Translations under genes and position numbers: made by a program
Virus record (IMG/VR): IMGVR_UViG_3300028569_000019
Coordinates: 32,780 to 96,779 of that record
Length of the DNA stretch: 64,000 nt
Origin: a virus
Reading direction: 5' to 3' (one strand)
The notes under the pieces: model-generated
Seen by the model: the letters and a program-made list of their open reading frames with translations, nothing else
What the model was told of the DNA's origin: nothing
Database searches by the model: none
In this document: positions 1 through 10,800 of the stretch, one piece after another
How the letters are laid out: every line of letters starts with the position of its first letter
Numbering within the stretch: the stretch's first letter is position 1

Positions 1-1341
1 TTGGTCAATGAATTGGTATTGGTACAAAAGGTTGGAAACAATTATTACTATAGCAAACCATTAAACAAATTCAATTTCCCCAATAATATCGATTATACAG
101 TTGAAACCGTATATAGCGAAAATGGAAAGCCAGCTGTACCTTTTTATTTTGATGGTACTAGAGCAACTTATACATCTGCTCCAATTTATTCAAAGTACAA
201 TAATATAGGATACGTAGGACAATATTTCATTTCAAATCCATTTATAAGATTGGTTAAGAAAAATGAAGGTGACACTGTAATAGAAAGTAGATTTGGTCAA
301 TCAATTCGATTTAGTGCATATGATGATAACAGACAAAATGATAAAGGTGTATATCCATCTTACGATTTAAATGGCAATTTATTGAAAGACTCAAGCGGCG
401 GTGGATATGGTAATCCTAAAGTTACTATTAGAAATAGACAACGAAATATTGCTTTGGATGAACCGCAACAATTACACCCTAAGTTACCACCTATTCCTAA
501 AATTACACCTATTGAAAAGAATTTCGGTGGTCAAATACAAGAAGATATTAATAACGATGGATCCACTATTCAGTTAACAAGTGGCAGAACATCGAGCGAT
601 TGGAAAACTACAGTTTATAAAAGTACATTTGGCAAAACATCAAATGGAGAGCCAACTGAAGAACAAGTAAGATTCAATCCAAAAAATTCCACTCCATTTG
701 TATTTCCAACTTTAAACGGCGATCAAATCGTAATAAATACTGATAGATTGGTGCTGAGTAGTAGATTTGCAGAAACACTACATTTTAGTAAAAAACGTTA
801 TGCCGTAACTACTGATAGCGAATACACAGTAGACGCTAATGATAATGTAGTTATAACTACAAATAACACTGCTACTATAAATGCTCCACAAATATTTTTG
901 GGTCAATATGGTGAAACTAATGAACCAGCATTATTGGGTCAAACAACTGTAGATTGGATGTATGATCTTTGTAATTGGTTATTGGATCACGTTCACTGGC
1001 ATCATCACGTACACCCACATCCTCATACACATCCTAGATCAGGTGCTGCCACTCCAGAAAATACAAAGGATGCTAATCCGGATCAAACGCAAATACCAGT
1101 ACAACAAATTAAACTACAATTATTAAGAGATAATTTACACAAGACACTAAGTAGACGAGTATTCGTTACTGGAGGCGGTTATGCGCCTGGCAGTAACGGA
1201 GTTAAACCAACTGGAAGTGGCGGAGAGTGTAAAGATCCAGTAGTAATTAATACAGTTACAGGAGCTGGAGTTGTCGGTGATTTCAAAGGTAGAAATCGTC
1301 GTGAAGGTCCAGTACAAGTTGAATTTGAATTTGAGAATTAA
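1..1341 (+). CDS. Baseplate central spike / gp5-gpV-like protein (5' truncated)
   Basis: EGDTVIESRFGQSIRF motif, beta-helix-like C-terminal strands and a His-rich HxH tip; lies upstream of gp25/gp6-like genes. Confidence 0.65.
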   Translation: MVNELVLVQKVGNNYYYSKPLNKFNFPNNIDYTVETVYSENGKPAVPFYFDGTRATYTSAPIYSKYNNIGYVGQYFISNPFIRLVKKNEGDTVIESRFGQSIRFSAYDDNRQNDKGVYPSYDLNGNLLKDSSGGGYGNPKVTIRNRQRNIALDEPQQLHPKLPPIPKITPIEKNFGGQIQEDINNDGSTIQLTSGRTSSDWKTTVYKSTFGKTSNGEPTEEQVRFNPKNSTPFVFPTLNGDQIVINTDRLVLSSRFAETLHFSKKRYAVTTDSEYTVDANDNVVITTNNTATINAPQIFLGQYGETNEPALLGQTTVDWMYDLCNWLLDHVHWHHHVHPHPHTHPRSGAATPENTKDANPDQTQIPVQQIKLQLLRDNLHKTLSRRVFVTGGGYAPGSNGVKPTGSGGECKDPVVINTVTGAGVVGDFKGRNRREGPVQVEFEFEN

Positions 1342-1343
1342 TT

Positions 1344-2852
1344 ATGAGTGATTATTATATAGCTTATGAAGAAACTGTACCTTGGAATGGTAGCGTTTTT
1401 AATGCTAACGAATATAGAAGAGCTATAAACTCATTCTATTCAAAAGTTGATCTTGTACAACCAAATGTAATAGTGGAGGATGGTGCTCCAACCCCAAATA
1501 TTTCTGTAAAAAATTTGTCTCCAGATGCGAATTTTCCCAACGAATTGAATTTTAGTTTAAGTGGAAAATTTTCAACATCAAAACGTGATCAATTAACGGG
1601 AAATTACTTAGCAAATGTTACTTTAAGTGGAGACGTTAAGGTTCCAAGACAAACATCTAGTGGAAAAACACTGAAAGCTATTATAGCATCTTCTTTTAAA
1701 ACTACGACTGCTTTTGGAAAGACTCCAGGTGAAGCTTTCAATAATGCTTTTAAAGAACTAAGAGAATCTTTGTTACAAACTTTAGCTGATCAAGTTGGTG
1801 GTTCTGGTAAGGGAATTAAAGTGGAACGACAAGATCCATTTACCGATCCAGATCCTGCTTTAGTAGGACCACCTACACAAACGATATCAGGAGTTACAAA
1901 TAAAGCTCCTGTGGTAGACAATCCTAACATAAAACTTCCAACACAAGAAGTAAAGGGGTTAGATGCAAATGCAGCACAACAAGCAGCCTCAAAAGCCCAG
2001 GACGCAGCGAGTAGTGCTACATCTCAAGTTAAAAGTGCAGCTGGAGGATTAACATCACAGGTTCAAGGAGCTGCTGGACAGGCACAAGGTGCATTACAAG
2101 GAGCTGCTGGACAAGCACAAGGTGCAATTGGTGGTGCTCAAGAATCCGCAGGTGGAATACTTAGTAATCTTTCATCTGGGGTTAAAGGTGCAATTGGCGG
2201 AGGTGCTTTAGGGGCTGGTATTGGAGCATTGGCAGGTGGAGGAAAAGGCGCATTGATTGGTGCTGGTGCTGGATTGGTAGCAGGTGGTGTAGCCGGTAAA
2301 GTATTTGATAAACTCAATCCAAAAGGTATAACACCAGATGGTTTGGGTAAGGATTGGTCGCCTGATAAGTTTAGTCCTGAATCTATAGCTGGAAATGATA
2401 CAATTGTTAATGCAAAAACTGGAACAATTAGTTCAACCTCTAAATTAGCAGCTGGATTAAAAGGTGGAGTATTAGGTGGCGCTCTAGGTGCTGGAGTAGG
2501 CGCATTGGCTGGGGGAGGAAAAGGAGCTTTAATAGGTGGTTTAAGCGGTACTGCACTCGGCGCTGGTTTATCTGTTGGCGGAGTAACAGGCGGAGCCTTG
2601 GCTGGAGGTGGGTTGGGTGCTGGTATAGGCGGAATAGTTGGGGGTGGAAAAGGAGCTGTAATTGGTGCTGTTTCTGGAGGTGCAATTGGTGCAGCTGCGG
2701 CTAAATTAGCCAGTATACAGAAGGATATGCCTAAACCAAATATACCCAAACCACCTAGTACACCTCGTATTAAGACAGTAAAGATACCAAGACCATCTGA
2801 TACAAAAGGAGCACAAGCATTATTAAATTTACCTAAATCTCGTTTGGGTTAA
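1344..2852 (+). CDS. Glycine-zipper repeat protein, probably virion/membrane-associated
   Basis: Repeated GGALGAGIGALAGGGKGALIG (GxxxG) blocks, an Ala/Gln-rich linker and a Pro/Lys-rich tail. Confidence 0.7.
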   Translation: MSDYYIAYEETVPWNGSVFNANEYRRAINSFYSKVDLVQPNVIVEDGAPTPNISVKNLSPDANFPNELNFSLSGKFSTSKRDQLTGNYLANVTLSGDVKVPRQTSSGKTLKAIIASSFKTTTAFGKTPGEAFNNAFKELRESLLQTLADQVGGSGKGIKVERQDPFTDPDPALVGPPTQTISGVTNKAPVVDNPNIKLPTQEVKGLDANAAQQAASKAQDAASSATSQVKSAAGGLTSQVQGAAGQAQGALQGAAGQAQGAIGGAQESAGGILSNLSSGVKGAIGGGALGAGIGALAGGGKGALIGAGAGLVAGGVAGKVFDKLNPKGITPDGLGKDWSPDKFSPESIAGNDTIVNAKTGTISSTSKLAAGLKGGVLGGALGAGVGALAGGGKGALIGGLSGTALGAGLSVGGVTGGALAGGGLGAGIGGIVGGGKGAVIGAVSGGAIGAAAAKLASIQKDMPKPNIPKPPSTPRIKTVKIPRPSDTKGAQALLNLPKSRLG

Positions 2853-2869
2853 TAATTATATATAATAAT

Positions 2870-3337
2870 ATGAAAATAGACGTATTAAAAGAATTTATCA
2901 AGAAAACAGTACAACAAGAGGTACGAAGTGTAGTACAAGCTGAACTTAAGCTTCAATTGGCAGAAATATTTTCTAAAGAAGTTCTTCAAGCCAAGAAAAA
3001 ATCATCTGATTCTGATTTGGAACAACAGATTCTAAAAGAATTGGAAACTATGAATGAATCTGTTGTTGAAGAGCCAATTAAACCCGTAAAGAAGTTTGTC
3101 AAATATACAAGTAACCCAATGTTAAATGATATTTTGAATCAAACTACCGGTGGAATACCACAAGAGGGCGGTATGGTTAATATGATGGGTGGATTTGGTG
3201 GTGCAACTCAAACTACAATAAATGAGACCAAAGTTCCAGAAAATGCTCCTGCACCGGTAAAATCTGTGTATTCAGCAATGAATAGAGATTATAGATCTTT
3301 AATGAAAGCAGTAGATAGTAAAAAATCCAAAGTTTAA
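2870..3337 (+). CDS. Hypothetical protein
   Basis: Tightly packed ORF in the baseplate operon; helical N-terminus. Confidence 0.7.
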   Translation: MKIDVLKEFIKKTVQQEVRSVVQAELKLQLAEIFSKEVLQAKKKSSDSDLEQQILKELETMNESVVEEPIKPVKKFVKYTSNPMLNDILNQTTGGIPQEGGMVNMMGGFGGATQTTINETKVPENAPAPVKSVYSAMNRDYRSLMKAVDSKKSKV

Positions 3338-3339
3338 TT

Positions 3340-3741
3340 ATGGCTAAAAAAGCACTAGGACTTAAAATACCGTTTAGATTGGGTCAAGATGGTTATTTTG
3401 AAACAAATGTTGATACTATTTCACAAGTTTCTAGTAATATAAAGAATCTTTTATTAACTAAACCAGGAGAACGCAGATTTAATAATGCGTTTGGTTCTTC
3501 ATTATATAAAGTTTTGTTTGATCAAAATGAATTGGGTGAAATGTTACCTATGTTAGTAAATCTCATTCAAAATGATGTAAATAGATTTATGAACGGTGTA
3601 ATAGTTGAAGATGTTAAAGTTCAATTATTGGAAAATGATGTTGTAAATAATGATTATAATAAAATATTTATAAAAGTAGCCTTTAGTTACAAAGAATTAA
3701 AGTCAACCACTGAAGTGATTATCACAAACAACAATATATAA
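3340..3741 (+). CDS. gp25: Baseplate wedge / sheath initiator, gp25-like
   Basis: NIKNLLLTKPGERRFNNAFGSSL is the GPW/gp25 signature. Confidence 0.9.
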   Translation: MAKKALGLKIPFRLGQDGYFETNVDTISQVSSNIKNLLLTKPGERRFNNAFGSSLYKVLFDQNELGEMLPMLVNLIQNDVNRFMNGVIVEDVKVQLLENDVVNNDYNKIFIKVAFSYKELKSTTEVIITNNNI

Positions 3742-5726
3742 TGCAACAATTAATTAACAAAACATTTAAAGCTAATACAAAAGACGTTTTGTATTTAAAT
3801 CGTGATTTCACTTCTTTAAAACAACAACTCATTGATTTTACCAAGCAGTATTATCCACAAAGTTATAAAGATTTTAGTGAAAGTTCACCAGGCCAAATCT
3901 TTATTGAACAAGCTTCTTTCGTTGGGGATGTATTATCATACTATACTGATTATCAATTCAAAGAAAGTTTTATTCAATTTGCAGGTGAACGTAAAAATAT
4001 TATAAACCAAGCTCAGTTTTTGGGATATAAGCCAAAGGTATCTTCAGTATCATCTACATATGTAGAGTTGTTTCAATTGTTGCCCGCAACTCGTACTTCG
4101 GGTGTTAATGGTGAATATATACCAGATGAAAGATATTGTTTGATTTTAAAACCATATACACAACTATCCAGTGTATCAGGTGTATCATTTATAGTTGAAG
4201 AAAGTGTAGATTTTAGTCAAGATACCTTATTCTCCCCAAGACAAATAAGTGTTTATAATCGTGACAACACAGGTGCTCCTTTATTTTACTTGGTGAAGAA
4301 AACTGCACAATGTTACTCTGGTCGAATAACTTCAAAAACATTTAGTATTGGCGACCCACAAGCATTTTTAAAAATAAAGTTAGATGAAACCGATGTAGTT
4401 AAGATAATCAGTGTGGTAGATTCTAATGGTAATAATTACTATGAAACTCAGTATCTAGCACAAGATACAATTCCACTATTAATCGATAATGTACCTCTTA
4501 ATAATCAAACATTATCACCATATAGAAATGAAACTCCTAAGATTTTAAAGTATCTACGAACTGAACGCAGATTCATCACAACAGTAGATCAAAATAATTT
4601 CACTTATATTCAATTTGGTGCAAATACGGAAAACTATGAAAACACTGTTATTATACCAAATCCAACTAATGTTGGCGTTGCATTATCCAATCTAAAGAAT
4701 TTAAATATATCTTTGGATGGTACAAACGTATTGAAAGCCAATTCATACGGTGTATCTCCATCAAATACAACATTGACCGTTAATTATGTTGTTGGCGGTG
4801 GTTTGGATTCAAATGTAAATTCTGAAGAAATAAATAAGATTGCTAGTACCGATTATTTAAATGACGTAACCAGTTTAACTGACAGTGAAGTTATTTTATT
4901 AAACAACATTAAAAATTCACTAAGAGTAAACAATCCACTTTCATCAACTGGTGGTAATGATGCAGAAACAGATGAAGAAATTCGTCAAAATGCTATATTA
5001 AACTTTTCTGCTCAAAACAGAATGGTTACTTCCGAAGATATTCTACTAAGAGTATACTCATTACCAACTTACTTGGGTAACATTTCAAAGGCATATGTTG
5101 AAAGTAATTCTAATAGACGCATTCAATACAACCAATTAATACAAGGTGTAGTAACTGAAGGTGGCAATGAAGCTTTGGATCTAAATCCATTAAATCCATT
5201 GGATAGAAGAAAGTTTTTGGAAGCAAGTAATCCATTTACTAACAATCTTTATTTGTTGGGATACGATGTCAATAAAAATTTAACAAAGTTGAATCCTGCC
5301 ACATTACAAAATTTAATAAGTTATCTTAATAACTTCAAGATACTCACAGATAAGATCAATATTATTGACGGTTATATTATCAATTTAGGGTTGGACTTTA
5401 AAATTACAGTATTTACCGGCTTCAATAAACGAGACGTATTAAATAACTGTATTCAGTCTGTAAAAAACTATTTGAATATTGATAATATGAGTTTTAACCA
5501 ACCAATAAATCTCAGTCAGCTCAATTTCGAAATAATGAAAAACGAAGGAGTTCAATCTGTAATTGAGTTGAAGATTAAGAATTTGACAATTGATGATGGG
5601 GATTATTCACCTATAGCATATAACGTAAGTATTGCTACACAAAATAATATTCTCTATCCATCAAAAGACCCATCAGTATTTGAAATTAAATATCCTGATA
5701 ACGATATAAAAGGATTGGTAGTATAA
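3741..5726 (+). CDS. gp6: Baseplate wedge subunit, gp6/baseplate-J-like
   Basis: YLNRDFTSLKQQL, DFSESSPG, GGNDAETDEEIR and QNRMVT motifs; follows gp25. Confidence 0.85.
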   Translation: MQQLINKTFKANTKDVLYLNRDFTSLKQQLIDFTKQYYPQSYKDFSESSPGQIFIEQASFVGDVLSYYTDYQFKESFIQFAGERKNIINQAQFLGYKPKVSSVSSTYVELFQLLPATRTSGVNGEYIPDERYCLILKPYTQLSSVSGVSFIVEESVDFSQDTLFSPRQISVYNRDNTGAPLFYLVKKTAQCYSGRITSKTFSIGDPQAFLKIKLDETDVVKIISVVDSNGNNYYETQYLAQDTIPLLIDNVPLNNQTLSPYRNETPKILKYLRTERRFITTVDQNNFTYIQFGANTENYENTVIIPNPTNVGVALSNLKNLNISLDGTNVLKANSYGVSPSNTTLTVNYVVGGGLDSNVNSEEINKIASTDYLNDVTSLTDSEVILLNNIKNSLRVNNPLSSTGGNDAETDEEIRQNAILNFSAQNRMVTSEDILLRVYSLPTYLGNISKAYVESNSNRRIQYNQLIQGVVTEGGNEALDLNPLNPLDRRKFLEASNPFTNNLYLLGYDVNKNLTKLNPATLQNLISYLNNFKILTDKINIIDGYIINLGLDFKITVFTGFNKRDVLNNCIQSVKNYLNIDNMSFNQPINLSQLNFEIMKNEGVQSVIELKIKNLTIDDGDYSPIAYNVSIATQNNILYPSKDPSVFEIKYPDNDIKGLVV

Positions 5727-5727
5727 T

Positions 5728-7395
5728 ATGCATATTTTCATTTATCCATCTCAAGACACTTATATTAACAATTCCGACAAATTCCAAAACAAAAATTTTG
5801 GAATAGACGAAATATTAGAAATATATGCGTCAAACGCAGGCAAAAAAACTGTTTACACAGATCCAAATTGGCACACTCCGCCTCTTACCGCCTCTTCATA
5901 CGGTAATAATGGATGGTTGGCATACACCACTTCTTCATTGTTCATTTATTCTGGCAGTAAGTGGTATGCTTTTAATCTCACATCTTCTGTAATACCAAAT
6001 ACATCATTTATTGCTAATTTTACAGGTAGATTGTCTAACGTAAACACCAGTCCGAGAAAACCTCTATATATTTCTGGGTCAGCAACATTTGCGTCTGGTT
6101 CATTTGTTGGAAGCATTACTGGATCTAACTGTGTAAGCAGATCTTTTAGTGGTAGTTTTTCGAGTTCAAGTTTTAGATCGATTATTAACACAAATACGTC
6201 TAGTGTATCTTACTACGTAGATGTCAGAAATTTTGCCGGTTACTTTAAAGGTAGATATAGTGGATCTTTTCAAGCTCCTTCGACAGCCACATACTTAAAC
6301 TATCCAGAGTTTAGTAGAACATTAATTAAGTTTGATTTAACCACATTGAGTCAGTCTATTTCCAAGAACGAAATTAGTAGTTCAAAATTAAAATTTACAC
6401 TCAATTTAAAAGCATGTGGTATGAGAAATCTTCCTCTCAATTATTCCATATATGCTTATCCAATAAGTCAAAGTTGGGAAAATGGAAATGGTAGATATGC
6501 AGATGATGGTTCTCAACTAGGAGCTACTTGGAACAATAGAAGTTATTCGGGTAGTAATTTGTGGTATGGTAATAAAATCACAAATAGTTATCAACAAGTA
6601 AATTATTTATTAACAGCTTCATATTCAAGCGCTAGTTTTCAAAATCAAGGTGGTACTTGGTATTATAAAGTTCCAGCTTCTTATACAAACAAGCCAAAAT
6701 GGATTTGCAACTCCACTCCGTTTCCATCATTAGTCAACAGCGGATTGATTTGCAGTCAGTCATTTACTTATGGTAAACAAAGTGACATATCAATGGACAT
6801 CACGCAAATTGTCCGTTCTTGGTTATGTGGATGCATTCCAAATCAAGGACTTATGTTATTGAGTTCATTTGAAATAAGTACACCTCCTCTTCAACCAACC
6901 AATGGATTGTTACAGTTTTTTAGTAAAGATACCAATACCATTTATAGTCCATATATTGATGTAGGGTGGAATGACACTGTATTTAGTACAGGTAGTTTAA
7001 AGCCTGTGTCATCTTCTATACAAAATCTAATTACTTTACAGTCATTAAATAGTGCATATAAAGCTGGCAGTGTTGCTAAAATATTTGTTTTTGCGAGAGA
7101 CAAATATCCTCTAAAGACATTTAATAAAGCATATCAACAACCAGCAATGGTCACTCCTAAGTATTTGCCAACTTCTTCTTATTATATGGTAAAAGATGCT
7201 GAGTCTGAGGAGGTCTTGGTTAACTTCGACGAATATACTAAGTTAAGTTGTGATGCTTTGTATGGTAATTATTTTAAATTAAATACTAATGGATTGCCTC
7301 AAGAACGTTATTTGACAGTATTTATTAAGGTAGAGTACAAGGATGGTACAATTGACATCGTTGATACTGGAAAAATATTTAAAATAACTCGTTAG
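5728..7395 (+). CDS. Virion structural (baseplate) protein
   Basis: DTYI...NFG.DEILEI and SRTLIKFDL beta-sandwich motifs; Ser/Gly-rich; baseplate context. Confidence 0.6.
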   Translation: MHIFIYPSQDTYINNSDKFQNKNFGIDEILEIYASNAGKKTVYTDPNWHTPPLTASSYGNNGWLAYTTSSLFIYSGSKWYAFNLTSSVIPNTSFIANFTGRLSNVNTSPRKPLYISGSATFASGSFVGSITGSNCVSRSFSGSFSSSSFRSIINTNTSSVSYYVDVRNFAGYFKGRYSGSFQAPSTATYLNYPEFSRTLIKFDLTTLSQSISKNEISSSKLKFTLNLKACGMRNLPLNYSIYAYPISQSWENGNGRYADDGSQLGATWNNRSYSGSNLWYGNKITNSYQQVNYLLTASYSSASFQNQGGTWYYKVPASYTNKPKWICNSTPFPSLVNSGLICSQSFTYGKQSDISMDITQIVRSWLCGCIPNQGLMLLSSFEISTPPLQPTNGLLQFFSKDTNTIYSPYIDVGWNDTVFSTGSLKPVSSSIQNLITLQSLNSAYKAGSVAKIFVFARDKYPLKTFNKAYQQPAMVTPKYLPTSSYYMVKDAESEEVLVNFDEYTKLSCDALYGNYFKLNTNGLPQERYLTVFIKVEYKDGTIDIVDTGKIFKITR

Positions 7396-7396
7396 T

Positions 7397-7873
7397 ATGG
7401 CAAATATACCATTAGTATATAACGTATCATTAAGTGATATACAAACATTTAAAGACTTTGGTACATTTCAAAATAACTTTGATGATTTTGGAAATGACCA
7501 ATTGGTTTACAATATATCACAATCGTTTGATGGCAAATTCAATTATATTAAATTGCCAATTAAAAGTTTTTTATATAACCAAAACAAAATTGCCGATACA
7601 TCTACTGTAGAATTCACCGAATTACAAACGTCTGCGGTTGAAGAAAAAAGAAATTTGACAGATGTTATAATTCAGTATAATAATTTGATTGAGGAAAATA
7701 GAATCTTAAATCAAACAGTAAATAGCTTGGTAGAGAAATATGAAAACAACGATGACAAACAAGTTATCGCCGCTATGAAAAACGAAATTATTGGTTTGCG
7801 AATCAAACTAGGTCAAGGAAAAGTTCCTTCGGATTTTGGTGACGACTATCCATTTTTACCATTAACTTCTTAA
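7397..7873 (+). CDS. Hypothetical protein with coiled coil
   Basis: Closely coupled ORF with a C-terminal heptad pattern. Confidence 0.65.
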   Translation: MANIPLVYNVSLSDIQTFKDFGTFQNNFDDFGNDQLVYNISQSFDGKFNYIKLPIKSFLYNQNKIADTSTVEFTELQTSAVEEKRNLTDVIIQYNNLIEENRILNQTVNSLVEKYENNDDKQVIAAMKNEIIGLRIKLGQGKVPSDFGDDYPFLPLTS

Positions 7874-7874
7874 T

Positions 7875-10800
7875 ATGCCTTACGACTATTTGACAATAAA
7901 CGATAATGATTTAAATAAGGGCATTACAAGTGCGTCTTATTTGAATGCTAATTTACAGTCTTTGTACGAACAAAAATTGGTCAATGAGGATATATTTTAT
8001 GGAGAATCCGATGATGACTTGTTTGAGTTTACTCTTTATAATAACAATCAACAACTAGTAAGTTTTAACAGAGTAGTTCCTTCAGTTACGTATTCTGTAT
8101 TACAAGGAAGCTATAGAGATATTAATAACGTATTGCGATCATACAGATTTGCAAACCCATTTACAAATATTGTATCTTATAAGAATGATATTTTATTACA
8201 TCCACAATTTGATTTAAATGCAAGTGGAGTGGGTCCTGGTTTATATTATTTGTTGTATAACCCAGTTAGAAATATAGCTGGTAATCCAACGAACAGATTA
8301 GTTATAAAAGAGATATCTCCTAGTAGAACTGAAATACGATTATCTTACGCATTTGACACAACTAAAAATGAATCATCTAGATTAGATGCTGTTAAGATAA
8401 CATCTTTTGCGGATAAAAAATATTTGCTATTAAGAATCTATCAAGATTTAATCGCTATTATTAAAAATAATCCAATTGAACAAGACTTTTTATTAAATAA
8501 AGACAAGTATAATTATGCGGATATTTGTTTAAAGTTGGGACTTAAAAGCGAAGCCGAATTGCAAGAGTTTATAACATCAACTTACGTTGGGTACAATACA
8601 GTTATAAAATTAAATAACGATACAGATAATGCAATTTTACAGACAAGTAAATTTTCAGGTGTACAAGAACAAATTAATAATTTTATTTACACATACAACA
8701 ACGTAGAATTTACCAGTGAAGACATATTGGAGTCTTTTAGAATAATCACACTAAAAGTATCTCAAGATAGAGTGTTGCAAAAAAGCTCTATAAATGACAT
8801 TGATTTACAAAATATATTGGGGTTGTTTGAACAAACAATTTATACCGATTGGATATTGCCACAGGTAACTAATTTACTTGAAAATTATAAAACAAAATAT
8901 TACGGTTATTACAAGAATGCTTTGAATTTCGACAATGGAAATTTGATAAAAATTCTGGATCATACAAACTATTTGAATCCAACGGATGATACTTTTAACA
9001 TCCAAGTAAAATTAGATGCACCGTTACCTTTGCAGTACAATGTAAAAACGACTTGTTGGATATCAAATATATCAATTGCGCCAATTTATTTCAAAGCTAA
9101 CTTGTTTACATCAAAAATATCAAGAAAAGTATTTTTAAACGATATAAACTTTGATGTACAGGTAAATGCTGTAAACTCCTCTACTCAAAAATTCGATAGT
9201 AATGATGCGTTTACATTGGATAAAGCAACGATAAGATTAAAAGAAAAGTATAATGATTTGTATATCGATTATACAGATTTTAACAATTTCATTAATTATT
9301 CATCCGCTGAATTACGTACTAAGATCGCTAAGAATAAGATTAAGGATTATAATCAACTTGAATCCGTTAAGAAATCAACGATCACATCTTCGTTGAATAC
9401 AAACGCTTTAATTTCGTCTTCTTACAGTCAATTAGTAAATCAAAAAACAACACAACAAATCACATTACTGGATACATTCGATGAGTACGAATCCTATTTG
9501 TTTTTCAATTCATCGAGTATAGATGATAAAATTGATGAAGCTATTACATATGATTCGGATAACTATAATAGTTTAGTATATCAACTTCCTGAGTATGTAA
9601 AGGACGATTCCGATTCAGCTGATTATATAAAATTCACAGCAATGGTTGGTCATTTCTTTGATAATATATTAGTCTTTATCAAGAAGTTTCCAAAAGCATA
9701 TCCTATTTCTAACAATGATTCAAACTACTATCCAAAGAATTATATAGACGAATTGTTGAATAGTTTTAGTTGGAATATTGATATTGATAAATTTTCTCAG
9801 AGTGATTTGAATCAATTGTATTTCAATAACCAAGAAATTGCAGGTTATAATTCTGCATCTTATTTTGATTATACAAAATCAATTTTAAATAGATTCGCAA
9901 ATAATATTTCATCGGTATATAAATCCAAGGGTACGGTCAATTCATTCGAAATGATACGTACTATGTTTGGCATTCCAGCTGGAATAATATCAACCAGAGA
10001 ATACGGAAGCGCTGATGCTTTTTCTAACCGTGATAATTACTTTGTATACGATGATATTATTTATATGACAGATTTCAAGGAAAATAATTTCTTGAATTTT
10101 GAACATACCAGTAGTGATTTTATTTATACCACTAGTAGTTATTATGCGTCCGGCTCCAATATTAATACACTCACCAGTAGTGTTGAATACGCTTCACGAT
10201 TTAACGGCATATCTACAATAGAATTTTCTTTAAGATTTAAGTCTACGGATTATAACTTTGGTGATAAAATACAATTGTTGTCAAAGTACAGAAATAAAAA
10301 ATCCGATTGGAATTTATTTGTTAAAAAATCAAAACAGGTTGAGTCAGGTCAATTAATATTTGAAATTCACCCCTATGAATTAGGCAATACAACATCTAGT
10401 TTGGTGTTGAATGAAATGCCTTTGTTAAACGGTAACATTTTTACAGTGATGTTAAAACGTGAACCTATCGCTGGTGATTTTGATAAATTGAATATAAGTT
10501 CAAGTAAAATTATAAATCAAGTTACGCCGTTTATTATAGAAGACGACGGAGATTTCGTGGTTGAAGATGATAATGATTTTGTAACATTAGCGTCTCAAAA
10601 AACAACTTTAACTTCATCATATTTCGTCAATTCAACAAAAGAATATATTCCATACGTTTATAGTCTATCTATTAATCAATACGATGGTAGTACTAAGAAT
10701 TTTTCATCAACTAAACGTAAAATTATAAGCCATACCGCTAATAGAAACTTTTCATCAGGCAGTTATTATATAGGTAATTATTCATCTTCAGTTTCATTTA

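Noticed and set aside
2138-2749. Pro/Ala-rich minus-strand ORF
   Set aside because: Antisense shadow of the glycine-zipper codons
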